From Dictyostelium discoideum (Eukaryota), in the NCBI GenBank assembly GCA_000004695.1, contig CM000151.3, positions 3,392,001 to 3,456,000 on the forward strand: 64,000 nucleotides of DNA, in the 5' to 3' direction. This document shows, piece after piece, positions 1 to 13,129 of this stretch; position 1 is the first letter of the stretch, and every line of letters begins with the position of its first letter. Position numbers and translations under genes: made by a program. Under the pieces are notes generated by a model. That model did no database searches and was not told the origin of the DNA. It was given only the letters and a program-made list of their open reading frames with translations.

Positions 1-1
1 A

Positions 2-1188
<1,187 letters not shown>

Positions 1189-1366
1189 AAAAAAAAAAAA
1201 TTAAAAAATTAAAATTTAAATAAAATAAAATATATATATACGCAAATGCATACAAAAAAACAAAAATAAAATAAAATAAAAAAACAAAAAATAAAAAAAT
1301 AAAAAAATAAATTATTATTATTAAATAATACAATAATTATTATCTTTTAAAATTTTAATGGGTTTT

Positions 1367-1402
<36 letters not shown>

Positions 1403-2302
1403 TTTTATTTTCTTATTTTGTTTTTTAAAGAGTAGATTAACAATAAATATATTTATAAACTTTTATTAGTAGTGATTACTATTATTGAAGAGATTATTCC
1501 CATTTCAAGTATATTATTATTTTTTTTTTTTTTTTTTATTGTTTTTTTTTTTTTTTTCTTTATTTTTTATTTTTATTTTTTTCAATTCATTTAAGGGGGA
1601 AAAAAGGAGAAGTATTTAAAATATTAACCTAAACTAAATTGTATATATTAAAAAAAAAAAAAAAAAAAAATTTTTGGTAAAGTTTATTTTTTTTTATATG
1701 TATAATACCGATATTAATAATATTGAAGGGGTTATCGAGAGATAAAAAATAATAATAATAAAAATAAAAATATTAATAGTTCCTATTACAGAAATTTACA
1801 ACATTTATAATTTCATAGGACAACACCAGGCGGACTTAGGAAATTTCTTTTTTTTAATTTATTTTTTTTATTTTATTTTTTATTTTATTTTTTTTATTTT
1901 TTTTTTTATTTTTTTTTATTTTTTATTTTTTTTTTTAATTAACTATTTAAATTTTTTTTTTTTTTTTATTTTTTAATAATTGAATTATAAGTATTAAAAA
2001 CAAAAAAAAAAAAAAAAAAAAAACGAGGGTGTCTTTTTTAATTATATTCTTTATTAAAATACAAAATTCCCATTTTTTATTAATTTAATTTTTTTTTTTT
2101 TTTCAAAAAAAAAAAAAAAAAAACTACCCATTTTTATAAACACATTAAATTAACAAACCCCCCAAAACAAATAATTATAATAATAATAAAAATATAAATA
2201 AAAAGTAAAAAAAAAAAAAAAAAAAAAATTTAAAAATTTTTATTATTTTTTTTTTTTTTTTGTGCGAGCTTTACCCCACCCTAAAGATCTTCCTTTTTAA
2301 AA

Positions 2303-3619
2303 ATGTCAACAATTAAAATTAGTTCGTTTTTTAAATCCATTTTTTCAACAATAAATGGTAAAGATAAAAGTATTAATTTAAATAATAATGACAATATAAA
2401 AAATAATAATAATAATAACAGTATAAAAAATAATAATAATAATAATATAAAAAATAATAATCCTAGTGATAATGATATAAAACCAACAGAAGGAGGGATT
2501 GACGATATGACATTAATAACTGCAACATCATTAACAATACCTCCAACTAAAGGTGGAGATTATATTGAAAGCGATACATTAAAATCAATGTTAATCATTG
2601 ATGATACAAATGATGATAATAGTAGTACCACTACAGTTGGTTGTGGTGACAATAATGAACAACAACAACAACAGCAACAACAACAAGAACAACAACAAGA
2701 ACAACAACAAGAACAACATGAAGAATTTAAAATACCTATGATTCAAATTCAAACACCACAAATAAATGATAATAATATAGAATGGCCAACGTGGTGCAAA
2801 GATTATGAAAATCGGTATGATCTTAGACCAATATCAAGGAATGGATTAGATGATACAAGCAATAGATTAAATTCAGGATTCAAAGGTGAGAATTTTGTCT
2901 ATCAAAATACAAAATTTGTTTCAAAATTATATTGGAAGGGTAATAGCCCAATATTTGGTGATATTGAAGTTGACCCTGACAATAATAATAATTTTGACAT
3001 AACAGCCAGTCCAACTAGTGGTGGTATCAAACAATTAAATATAAGAACAAGTTATAATGGTATAGTAAATGAAGATGACGATAGAATGTTATTGGGTATT
3101 GTTTATTGGAAAAACACAAGCGAAGGTCCACCTGGTTGTGTTCATGGTGGTGCCTTGGCGAGCATGTTTGATGATAGTATGGCATGCTGCATAAGATATT
3201 TTTATAATAATAATTTTGATGATTTAAATTTACAAAAACAAAAACAAAAACAAAAACAACAACAACAAGAACAAGAACAACCACAAGGAAATAGGAATGG
3301 TATAGTTATACCACCAATTACAAATTCAAAAACTTATGTTGTAACAGCAAATTTATCAGTAAATTATAAAAAGTTTGTTGTATTGGAAAGTTTTAGTTCG
3401 GTTGAAACAAGAATTCAAAAAAGAGATGGTAAAAAGATTTTTATATCCTCAACTATTAAAGATCAAAATGGTGTTATTAGAGCCGAATCAACTGCAATTT
3501 GGATCGTCGTAAAAATTGATACACCAATTAGTACAACTTCATCACCACCTTCATTCCTTTCACCATTACCTTCTCCAACTTCAAATAAATTAAATGAAAA
3601 TAAATTAAATGAAAACGAA

Positions 3620-3671
<52 letters not shown>

Positions 3672-3715
3672 TTCAATTTGATAATAATAGTTGTAGTAGT
3701 AAAAATTCAAATTAA
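2303..3715 (+). CDS. Hotdog-fold acyl-CoA thioesterase-like protein (4HBT/PaaI/THEM-like) with a long low-complexity N-terminal region.
   Basis: Motif PPGCVHGGALASMFDDSMACC is the HGG...D signature of 4HBT-type hotdog thioesterases. The ORF has Dictyostelium codon usage, with poly-N/Q tracts. Confidence 0.65.
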
Positions 3716-4864
3716 TAAAAAAAAATGATAATAGCGCATCATCATTAATTTTATTAATAAACTAAAATAATATTTAAAATTTTTTTTTTTTTTTTTACAA
3801 AAAATATATATACTTTTTTTTTTCTAATTTTTTGCTCGAAAATAACAATTAAATAAATATGACCAATGAAACGAAAAAAAAAAAAAATAAAAAAAAAAAA
3901 GAAAAAAAACTTATACAATTGGAAACTTTTTTATTTTTTTCTTTTTTTTTTCTCAAGTTTAATCATGATGTTAAAAAAAAAAAAAAAAAAAAACATACAC
4001 ACATATAAACAAACACATACTGATTATAAATACAAAAAATTAGAATGTCATTCTTATGACACGATTGATATGTTGTCGTTTGGTTTTGGTATGAAACGTC
4101 TAGAAAAAAAAAAAAAAATTAAAAAAAAGCAAAAAAAAGCAAAAAAAAGCAAAAAATAAAAATAAAATAAAAAGCAAAAAATTTAAAAAAAATAAATTAA
4201 AAAATAAAAATAAAAAATAAAAATAAAAAAAATAAATTAAAAATAATTAAAATAAGAACAAAAGACTTCAAGGTTCGCGAACCTTTTTAGATTTGTTGGG
4301 CGATTTTAAGTTAAAAATAGGTTTTTAAAAAAAAAAATAAAAAAAAATAAAAAAAAATTAAAAAAAAATTATAATAATAAATTGGCGTAGCAAATTGTTA
4401 CATATTATATTCTACAACCATTTTATTTAACAAAAACATTAGATATTTTTTAATTTCCTTTTTTAAATTGATTAGTATTCATCATTATTCTACACCCCTT
4501 CTTTTTTTAAAAATAAAAAATTAGATATTGATTATTTGCTTCTTATTTTTTAATGAAGCCTCCAGGTTTTTTTTTTATTTTAAAAATAATAAAATAATAT
4601 TTTTTTAATTATTTTTTGAGTTTAAGGATAATTTACCAAAAAAAAAAAAAAAAAATATAAATTGATTGAAAAATTATTTTTCTAATCATTTCAAAAAAAA
4701 ACAATAATTTAAAATTATAAATTTTATTTTGACTAAATAAAATATAAATAATATTTAAATAAATAAAATTTTAATTTATATTATTAAATTAAATTAAATT
4801 AAATTAAATTTTTTAAAAAAAAAAAAACCCGAACTAAAAAACAAATCATAAAGCTAAAAATAAA

Positions 4865-4904
<40 letters not shown>

Positions 4905-4908
<4 letters not shown>

Positions 4909-4946
4909 AAGAGGATAAAACTTTTCAATCAATTAGAATTTCCGAA

Positions 4947-5003
<57 letters not shown>

Positions 5004-5440
5004 TTAAATAATAATAATGATAATGATTATGATTATGATTCAATAAATAATATTGAAGAAAAATTTGAAAATGTTTCAAAAGAATTAGAAGGACAATCAA
5101 TCAAATTTAGAGAAATTGATGGTGGTAAAAATAATAATAACCATGATATTGAGTTGGGTGAAAGAAAACCAGAAAATGAAGAAGATTTTAAATTAAGACA
5201 ATATTTTGAGGATTCTCAAAGACAAAAAATGTTAATTAATCATAAACCAAAGAAAATGGGTGTTTCAATTAAAAATTTAACTGTTGTTGGTCAAGGTGCT
5301 GATAATTCTGTAATTGTTGATAATTCAACACCATTTAAAGCTTTAGGAAAATTATTAAATCCTTTTAATTAGTAAGTAAAATTTTTAAATTTTTTTTTTT
5401 TTTTTAAAATAAATTGAATTCAAGTATTAATATTTATTTA

Positions 5441-5478
<38 letters not shown>

Positions 5479-8400
5479 AAAAGTTTTAAAAAAGATAAAA
5501 ATAAAATTAATACATTTAATATATTAAATGATATTAATGCATTTATTGAAGATGGTAAAATGTTATTAGTATTAGGTAGACCAGGTGCAGGTTGTTCAAC
5601 TTTATTAAGAGTAATTGCAAATCAACGTGAATCATATATTTCAGTTGATGGTGATGTAACATATGGTAATATTGCAGCAAGTGATTGGTCAAAATATAGA
5701 GGTGAAACTCTTTATACAGGTGAGGAAGATATTCATCATCCAACTCTAACAGTTCGTGAAACATTGGATTTTACATTAAAATTAAAGACACCAGGTAATC
5801 GTTTACCAGAAGAAAGTAAAAGAAATTTTAGAACTAAAATCTATGAATTATTAGTTAGTATGTATGGTTTAGTGAATCAAGGTGATACAATGGTTGGTAA
5901 TGAATTTGTTAGAGGTTTATCAGGTGGTGAAAGAAAAAGAATAACAATTACAGAGGCTATGGTTTCAGGTTCATCCATTACATGTTGGGATTGTTCAACC
6001 AGAGGTTTGGATGCAGCATCAGCCTATGATTATGCAAAATCCTTAAGAATCATGTCTGATACATTAGATAAAACTACAATTGCATCATTTTATCAAGCAT
6101 CAGATTCAATTTATAATTTATTCGATAAAGTTATTGTTTTAGATAAAGGTCGTTGTATTTATTTTGGTCCAATTGGTTTGGCAAAACAATACTTTTTAGA
6201 TTTAGGATTCGATTGTGAACCACGTAAATCAACTCCAGATTTTTTAACTGGTATTACAAATCCACAAGAACGTATTGTTAAAGTTGGGTTTGAAGGTAGA
6301 GTACCAGAGACTTCTGTCGATTTAGAAGATGCTTGGAAGAAATCACAATTATTCCAATCAATGAAACATGCTCAATTAGAATATGAAAAACAAGTTGAAC
6401 AACAAAAACCATCTGTTGATTTTAAAGAACAAGTATTGAATGAAAAAAGTAGAACAACTTCTAAAAACTCTGAATATAGTTCTAGTTTTTATGCTCAAAC
6501 AATTGCTTTAACTCAAAGACAATTAAGTTTAACTTGGGGTGATAAATTTACATTAACTTCACGTTTTCTAACTATTCTTGTATTATCATTTATTTTTGGT
6601 GGTATTTATTTCCAACAACCATTAACAACGGATGGTTTATTTACAAGAGGTGGTGCTATTTTCACTTCTATCATTTTCAATTGTATTTTAACTCAAGGGG
6701 AGCTCCACGGTGCTCTATCAGGTCGAAGGATCTTACAAAAACATAAAAGCTATGCTCTATATCGTCCTTCAGCTTATTTTGTTTCACAAATTCTAATTGA
6801 TATTCCATTTATATTGGTTCAAGTATTTTTACATTCATTCATAGTTTATTTCATGTATGGCTTTGAATATCGTGCTGATAAATTCTTTATATTTTGTTTC
6901 ACATTGGTTGGTGTATCATTATCAAGTGCTTCATTATTTAGAGGTTTTGCAAATTTTACTCCATCTTTATTTACTGCACAAAATTTAATGAATTTTGTTT
7001 TCATTTTTGAAGTAAATTATTTTGGTTATTCTCAAACTCCAGATAAAATGCATTCTTGGTTTAAATGGACTTATTATAGTAAGTTTTTTTTTTTAACTTC
7101 ACTTTATTTAAAATATATTTTAACTTTTTTTTTTTTTTTTTTTTTAATAATAGTTAATCCATTAGCATATGCATTTAAAAGTTTAATGATTAATGAATTT
7201 AAAGGTTTAGATTTTTCATGTTTAGATAGTGCTATTCCATTTGATCATTTTAATAATTCAACATATTCTGATATGTCACATAGAATTTGTGCAGTACCAG
7301 GTTCAATTGAAGGTTCTTTGTCTGTTAAAGGTGAAAATTATTTATGGGATGCATTACAAATTAATAGTGATCATAGAGCATTAAATGTTGTAGTAATTTT
7401 CTTATTTTGGTTATTTTATATTGGATTGAATTTATTCGCCGTTGAATATTTCGATTGGACAAGTGGTGGTTATACTCATAAAGTATATAAAAGAGGTAAA
7501 GCTCCAAAATTAAATGATGTTGAAGAAGAAAGAAATCAAAATCAAATCGTAAAGAAAGCAACTGATAATATGAAAGATACTTTAAAGATGAGAGGTGGTC
7601 TTTTCTCTTGGAAATCAATTTCTTATACTGTACCAGTAGCTGGAACAAATAAATTACTATTGGATGATATTATGGGTTGGATTAAACCTGGTCAAATGAC
7701 TGCTTTGATGGGTTCATCAGGTGCTGGTAAAACAACCCTACTCGATGTATTGGCAAAAAGAAAAACCATGGGTACTGTAACTGGTGAATCATTATTAAAT
7801 GGTAAGCAATTGGAAATTGATTTTGAACGTATCACTGGTTATGTTGAACAAATGGATGTTCATAATCCAGGTTTAACAGTTAGAGAGGCATTAAGATTCT
7901 CTGCAAAACTTCGTCAAGAACCATGGGTACCATTAAAAGATAAATATCAATATGTTGAACATGTTTTAGAAATGATGGAAATGAAACATTTAGGTGATGC
8001 TTTAATTGGTACTTTGGAAACTGGTGTTGGTATTTCAGTTGAAGAAAGAAAAAGATTAACAATTGGTGTTGAATTAGTTGCAAAACCACAAATTCTCTTC
8101 CTTGATGAACCTACATCAGGTTTGGATGCTCAATCATCATATAATATTATTAAATTCATTCGTAAATTAGCCGATGCGGGTATGCCATTGGTTTGTACAA
8201 TTCATCAACCATCATCAGTATTATTTGAACATTTCGATCGTATTCTTTTATTGGCTAGAGGTGGTAAAACTGTTTATTTCGGTGATATTGGTGATAAATC
8301 AAAAACTTTAACATCATACTTTGAACGTCATGGTGTTCGTCCATGTACTGAAAGTGAAAATCCAGCAGAATATATTTTAGAAGCAACTGGTGCAGGTATT

Positions 8401-9522
8401 CATGGTAAGACCGATGTTAATTGGCCAGAAGCTTGGAAACAATCATCAGAGTATCAAAATGTTGTCAATGAATTGGATCTTTTAAGAACAAAAGAAGAAT
8501 TGGGAAAATATATTTTAGATAGTGATTTGCAAGTCGATGGTAAGCAAGCACCACCAAGAGAATTTGCAAATGGTTTCCTAACTCAATTCATTGAGGTTTA
8601 CAAACGTTTAAATATCATTTATTATCGTGACGTTTTCTATACAATGGGTAGTTTTGCTCAAAGTGCTGTATCTGGTTTAGTAATTGGTTTCACTTTTTAT
8701 GATTTAAAAAATAGTTCATCCGATCAACAACAAAGAATCTTTATGAGTTGGGAAGCAATGATTCTTGGTGTATTATTGATTTATTTGGTTTTACCAATGT
8801 TTTTCATTCAAAAAGAATATTTCAAACGTGATACTGCTAGTAAATATTATTCATGGCATGCATTCTCCTTGTCTATGATTGCCGTTGAAATTCCATATGT
8901 AGTTTTATCAAGTACTTTGTTTTTCATTGCAACCTATTGGACCTCTGGTATTGATTCAACCGCTAGTGCAAACTTTTACTATTGGTTAATGCATACAATG
9001 TTTAGTGTTTATATTGTTTCATTTGCTCAAGCTTTAGGTGCTGCATGTGTTAATATCGCCATTTCAATCGCTGCTTTACCAATTGTTCTCTTTTATCTCT
9101 TTTTACTTTGTGGAGTTCAAATTCCACCACCAGCAATGAGTTCATTCTATCAAGATTGGTTATACCATTTAAACCCTGCTAAATATTTCTTGGAAGGTTT
9201 AATCACTACTGTATTAAAACCAATTGAAGTTTTATGTACTGATGTAGATTTAATTAAATTCACTGCTCCAAGTGGTACCGATTGTCAAACCTATTCTGCA
9301 CCATTCCTCCAACAAGCTACTGGTTATGTTGTTCCATTAAGTAATACTACAAACGAATGTGGTTATTGTATTTACAGTTCAGGTTCTGATTATTTCGAAA
9401 CAAGTTTAGGTTGGGATTATGGTCATCGTTGGAGAAATTTTGGAATTATTGTTGCTTATTGGGGTAGTTCAATTTTAGCAGTATTATTCTTTGTTTATCT
9501 CACTCAAAAACCAAGACGTTAA
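4905..9522 (+). CDS. ABC transporter, G family, full-size PDR-type (NBD-TMD-NBD-TMD), 3 exons.
   Basis: Exons about 4905..5371, 5484..7078 and 7154..9522. Intron 1 runs GTAAGT at 5372 to AG at 5483, phase 2. Intron 2 runs GTAAGT at 7079 to AG at 7153, is 75 nt, and restores the PDR motif WTYYINPLAYAF. Walker [10 protein letters not shown] and [12 protein letters not shown] signatures LSGGERKR and VEERKR, and two 6-TM blocks. Confidence 0.88.
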
Positions 9523-9996
9523 ATAATAATAATAAAAATAATAATAAAAATAATAAATAATAATAAATAATAAATAATAATAAATAATAAATAAATAATA
9601 AATAATAAAAATTAAATTAATTAAATAAATATTAAATATTCTAAAAAAAAAAAAAAAAAAAAAAGAAAAGAAAAAAAAAAATTTCTTTTAATAAAATAAA
9701 ATAATATTAATTGAAAAGACTTTTTAATGGTATAACCAATCTTGATAAAATTAAATCATTGATGTTGCAACTTGCTAATTTACACTTTTTTTTTCTTTTC
9801 TAAAACACTTTTTTATGTTTTTTTAATAAAATACAAAGTTAAAAAATTAATTATTTAATTCAAAATTACAAAAAAAAATAATGGCTTGGAGTATCATTTA
9901 TTAATTCGATCTCAAATGAGCAATGTTTGATATTATTTTTAATATTTATATAACTTTAATCAGATTATCTTTTTTTTTCTTTTTTTTTTTAAATAC

Positions 9997-10034
<38 letters not shown>

Positions 10035-10430
10035 AATCTTAGATTTAAAAATAAAAACATTGGTTTTTTTTTTTTTTTTTTTTTTTTTTATTAAATTTTA
10101 TATTTTTATTATTATTTTATTGGTTTTTTATTTTTTTTATTTTTTTATTTTTTTTTATTTTTTTTTTGGTATCCCAACAATCCCAATTAGATATCATCAC
10201 TCAAAACCAGTGAAAATAAATTTGCCGAAATTTCTTATTTTCATTTTTTTTTTGATTTTTTATCATTTTTTTTTAATGAAAAAAATAATAAAAAATCAAA
10301 AAAAAAAATTAAAAATAAAATAAAAAAAAAAAAAAAAAAAACCTCTAAAGGAAACGAGGTTTTTTTTAAAAAATAATTCGGCAAAAACACATTAACATTT
10401 TTAAAAATAAAAAATATATAAATTTTAAGA

Positions 10431-11471
10431 ATGAATCAAAATAAAAATAATAATAATAAAAATCCAAAAATTAATTTATTAATTATTGGATGTGGTTGTA
10501 TTGGTTTATCAACAGGTATTATTGCATTAAAGAGTGGTAATTATAAGAGTGTATCAATTTGGGCCAAAGATTTACCACCAAATACAACCTCAAATAAAGC
10601 AGCAGCATTATGGTATCCATTTTTATGTAATCCACTAGATTTAGTTGGTAAATGGTCAGCAGAAACCATGCAATATTATAAAGATCATATTATTAATGAC
10701 CCAAAATCAGGTACAATCACAAAGAAAGTAAATGAAATTTTCAGACGTCCACATCCAGAAGATCCAGAATGGAAACCATACATTAAATCATTTAGAAGAG
10801 CTAGAAAAGATGAACTACCAGATGGATATGTAGATGGTTATGCAATTGATGACGGTTTCGTTATGGACACTGATATGTATATGGATTATTTAGTCGACCA
10901 ATTCAAAAGTTTAGGTGGAATCATTGAACAAAGACACCTCGTTGATATTCGTGAAGCTTTTGTTGACCATGATGTAGTTGTAAATTGCACCGGTTTAGGA
11001 TCACGTGAATTATTCAATGATCGTACAATTTATCCAGGTCGTGGTCAAATTATCGTTATTAAAAACTCAACCGATCGTTCAATCATGGATGAAGAAGATC
11101 ATATCGCATATGTAATTCCACGTTTAACAAATACAGTTTTAGGTGGTACAAATCAAGAACACGATTACAATACAAATCCAACTAAAAAAGATACTGAAGA
11201 AATCTTAAAACGTGTAGCCATGATTTCACCACGTTTTGCTAAAAATAGAATTGAAATTCAAGGTGTTAAAGTTGGTCTACGTCCTGCTAGACATGAAATT
11301 CGTTTAGAAAATGAATTCTTTGAAGGTGGTTCAAAATTAGTAGTTCATAACTATGGTCATGGTGGTAGTGGTTTCACTGTAAGTTGGGGTTGTGCTATTG
11401 AAGCAATTAAATTAGTTGATCAAGGTTTACCAAAATTATTACATTTTAATAAATTAATAAGTAAATTATAA
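10431..11471 (+). CDS. FAD-dependent D-amino-acid oxidase / D-aspartate oxidase family (DAO), intronless.
   Basis: N-terminal Rossmann fold LLIIGCGCIGLSTG, and C-terminal HNYGHGGSGFTVSWGCA matching the DAAO HNYGHGGxG motif. Confidence 0.8.
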   Translation: MNQNKNNNNKNPKINLLIIGCGCIGLSTGIIALKSGNYKSVSIWAKDLPPNTTSNKAAALWYPFLCNPLDLVGKWSAETMQYYKDHIINDPKSGTITKKVNEIFRRPHPEDPEWKPYIKSFRRARKDELPDGYVDGYAIDDGFVMDTDMYMDYLVDQFKSLGGIIEQRHLVDIREAFVDHDVVVNCTGLGSRELFNDRTIYPGRGQIIVIKNSTDRSIMDEEDHIAYVIPRLTNTVLGGTNQEHDYNTNPTKKDTEEILKRVAMISPRFAKNRIEIQGVKVGLRPARHEIRLENEFFEGGSKLVVHNYGHGGSGFTVSWGCAIEAIKLVDQGLPKLLHFNKLISKL

Positions 11472-11584
11472 AAAAAAAAAAAGTAATATTAAAAAAAAAG
11501 TAATAATAAAATAAAAAAAAAGAAAAGTTTTTTTAAATTTTAATTAATTTAAAAAACAAATATTTAAATGTTATTATTACAATA

Positions 11585-11595
11585 AATTATTATAA

Positions 11596-11645
<50 letters not shown>
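11585..11645. repeat. (ATT)n microsatellite.
   Basis: About 20 perfect ATT units, directly visible. Confidence 0.9.
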
Positions 11646-11647
<2 letters not shown>

Positions 11648-11659
11648 TTTATTTTAAAC

Positions 11660-11940
11660 TAATTCTTAAACGATACTCATTTTTTCAAAAATTTCATCTA
11701 TTTTTAACTTTTTAAATTTTTTAACATTTTCAAATAATTGAACGTTACTCATTTTTTAAAAAATTGTGAGGTAACCATGGGATTTTTTCTCTCATTTTTT
11801 CAAAAATTTCATTTATTTTTAACTTTCTTAATTTTTTCTCATTTTCAAATAATTAAACGTTACTCATTTTTTAAAAGTTTGGGTGGTAACGTTGGGATTT
11901 TTTCTCTTATTTTTTCAAGTTTTATTTTAACAAATTCTTA
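11660..11940. repeat. Tandem repeat of a 115-120 bp unit, about 2.3 copies, of unknown function.
   Basis: Two near-identical units carrying tcattttttcaaaaatttcat.tatttttaacttt...caaataatt.aacgttactcattttttaaaa...ggtaac(ca/gt)tgggattttttctc. Sits between the DAAO gene and the next gene. No ORF with coding character. Confidence 0.6.
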
Positions 11941-12066
11941 AAAAAAAAAAAAAACAATATAAATACCAATTATGTATTGAAAAAAAAAAAAATCATTTCA
12001 AAAACAAATAAACTAAAAACAATAAATTTTAAAACAAATTCTTAAAAAAAAAAAAAAAAAAAAAAA

Positions 12067-12843
12067 ATGACAGCTGTTGACAATACTAATACTGGTTCAA
12101 TTCAATTTAATTCAAATTTTGTTTGTCCAAAGAATAGAAAAGAAATTGGTGAACTTATTGATCAATTTAAAAACTCATCTGATGGTGTTCCAAAAACCAG
12201 AGAAGAAATTAAGGAATATATTTCATTAATTAAGAAACAATATCGTGGAGATAAAAGAAAATTAAGACTTGAAAATAAAAGTCAATCTGGTAGTTCCAAA
12301 ACCACTGAACAAAGTGCTACAAATATAAATCCAATCCAAGTTCCTTCAGTTACTACAACCACCTCAACAAATGATAGTGATGAACAAAGTGTTACAACTA
12401 CAAATACTACAAATTCAAATCAAACCCAAAACCAAGTTCCTTCAGTTACCTCCACTACTACAACCACTTCAACAAATGACAGTGACGAGCAATGTGTCAC
12501 AACTACAAATACCACAAACTCAAGTCAAACTCAAATCCAAGCTCCTTCAGTTGCCTCCACCACTACTACAACTACTTCAACAAATAATGGTGATGATGTT
12601 AAAAAATCAATTAAAGAATTAAGAGAATTAATTAGAAAATTAAAAAAGTCATCTGAAACCCCAAAATCAAAAAAAGAAATTCGTTCAATTCAAAATCAAG
12701 AAAAATCACAAACATTAAATTATAATGAGTTTAAAAACACCAAAAGTGAAAATGTTCAAGTTGGACAAAATACTAAAAAACCATACTGTCATCATTATCG
12801 TAGAAATCGTTTAAATGATTGTAATACAAATTTAATTTCTTAA
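12067..12843 (+). CDS. Hypothetical Ser/Thr-rich protein with three roughly 40-aa tandem repeats (VPSVTTTTSTNDSDEQSVTTTNTTNS...).
   Basis: ORF with Dictyostelium codon usage and internal repeats at DNA and protein level. The stop at 12841-12843 is followed by 57 in-frame stop-free codons (see findings). Confidence 0.5.
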   Translation: MTAVDNTNTGSIQFNSNFVCPKNRKEIGELIDQFKNSSDGVPKTREEIKEYISLIKKQYRGDKRKLRLENKSQSGSSKTTEQSATNINPIQVPSVTTTTSTNDSDEQSVTTTNTTNSNQTQNQVPSVTSTTTTTSTNDSDEQCVTTTNTTNSSQTQIQAPSVASTTTTTTSTNNGDDVKKSIKELRELIRKLKKSSETPKSKKEIRSIQNQEKSQTLNYNEFKNTKSENVQVGQNTKKPYCHHYRRNRLNDCNTNLIS

Positions 12844-13129
12844 GTTGAAACCAATGTCAAACCAAAACTCCAAAATGAATCTGATCATAGTCAAGCTAGT
12901 TCACAAAAACTTGAAAAATTAAAATTTAAGAAAGAAATGTTATTAAGAAAAATTTCAATTGTTGAAAATAAAATTGAAACACTCAATAAATCTCAATCAA
13001 CCACAGTATCCCTCTAAACTATACAAAATCACCTCCTTTTATAATAAAATAAAATAAAATAAAAGTTATTAACTGTTTCTATTAAAATTATATTTTATTA
13101 TATTTTTTGTTGTACTATTAATTATTATT

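Noticed and set aside
4265-4300. GC-containing islands that might be tRNA genes (e.g. aaggttcgcgaacctt at 4280, aagttcgtgaacccca at 35735, ggacaacaccaggcggacttagg at 1815)
   Set aside because: None has a full cloverleaf. They lack acceptor and anticodon stems, A/B box spacing and a 70-75-nt GC-rich body. They are short palindromes only.
7361-7648. Antisense ORFs inside large genes (7361-7648, 7880-8089, 20838-21101, 23791-24057, 25034-25219, 47176-47373, 63410-63772 and others)
   Set aside because: They lie opposite well-supported coding exons (ABCG, Nup-like, Grp170, CAP/mucin gene). They are low-complexity reverse translations of coding repeats, so there is no independent evidence.
12816-12846. 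A 24-nt frame-preserving mini-intron (GTAATA...TTAAG) that would splice out the TAA at 12841
   Set aside because: It is far below the minimum spliceosomal intron length in Dictyostelium (about 50-60 nt), and it has no T-tract.
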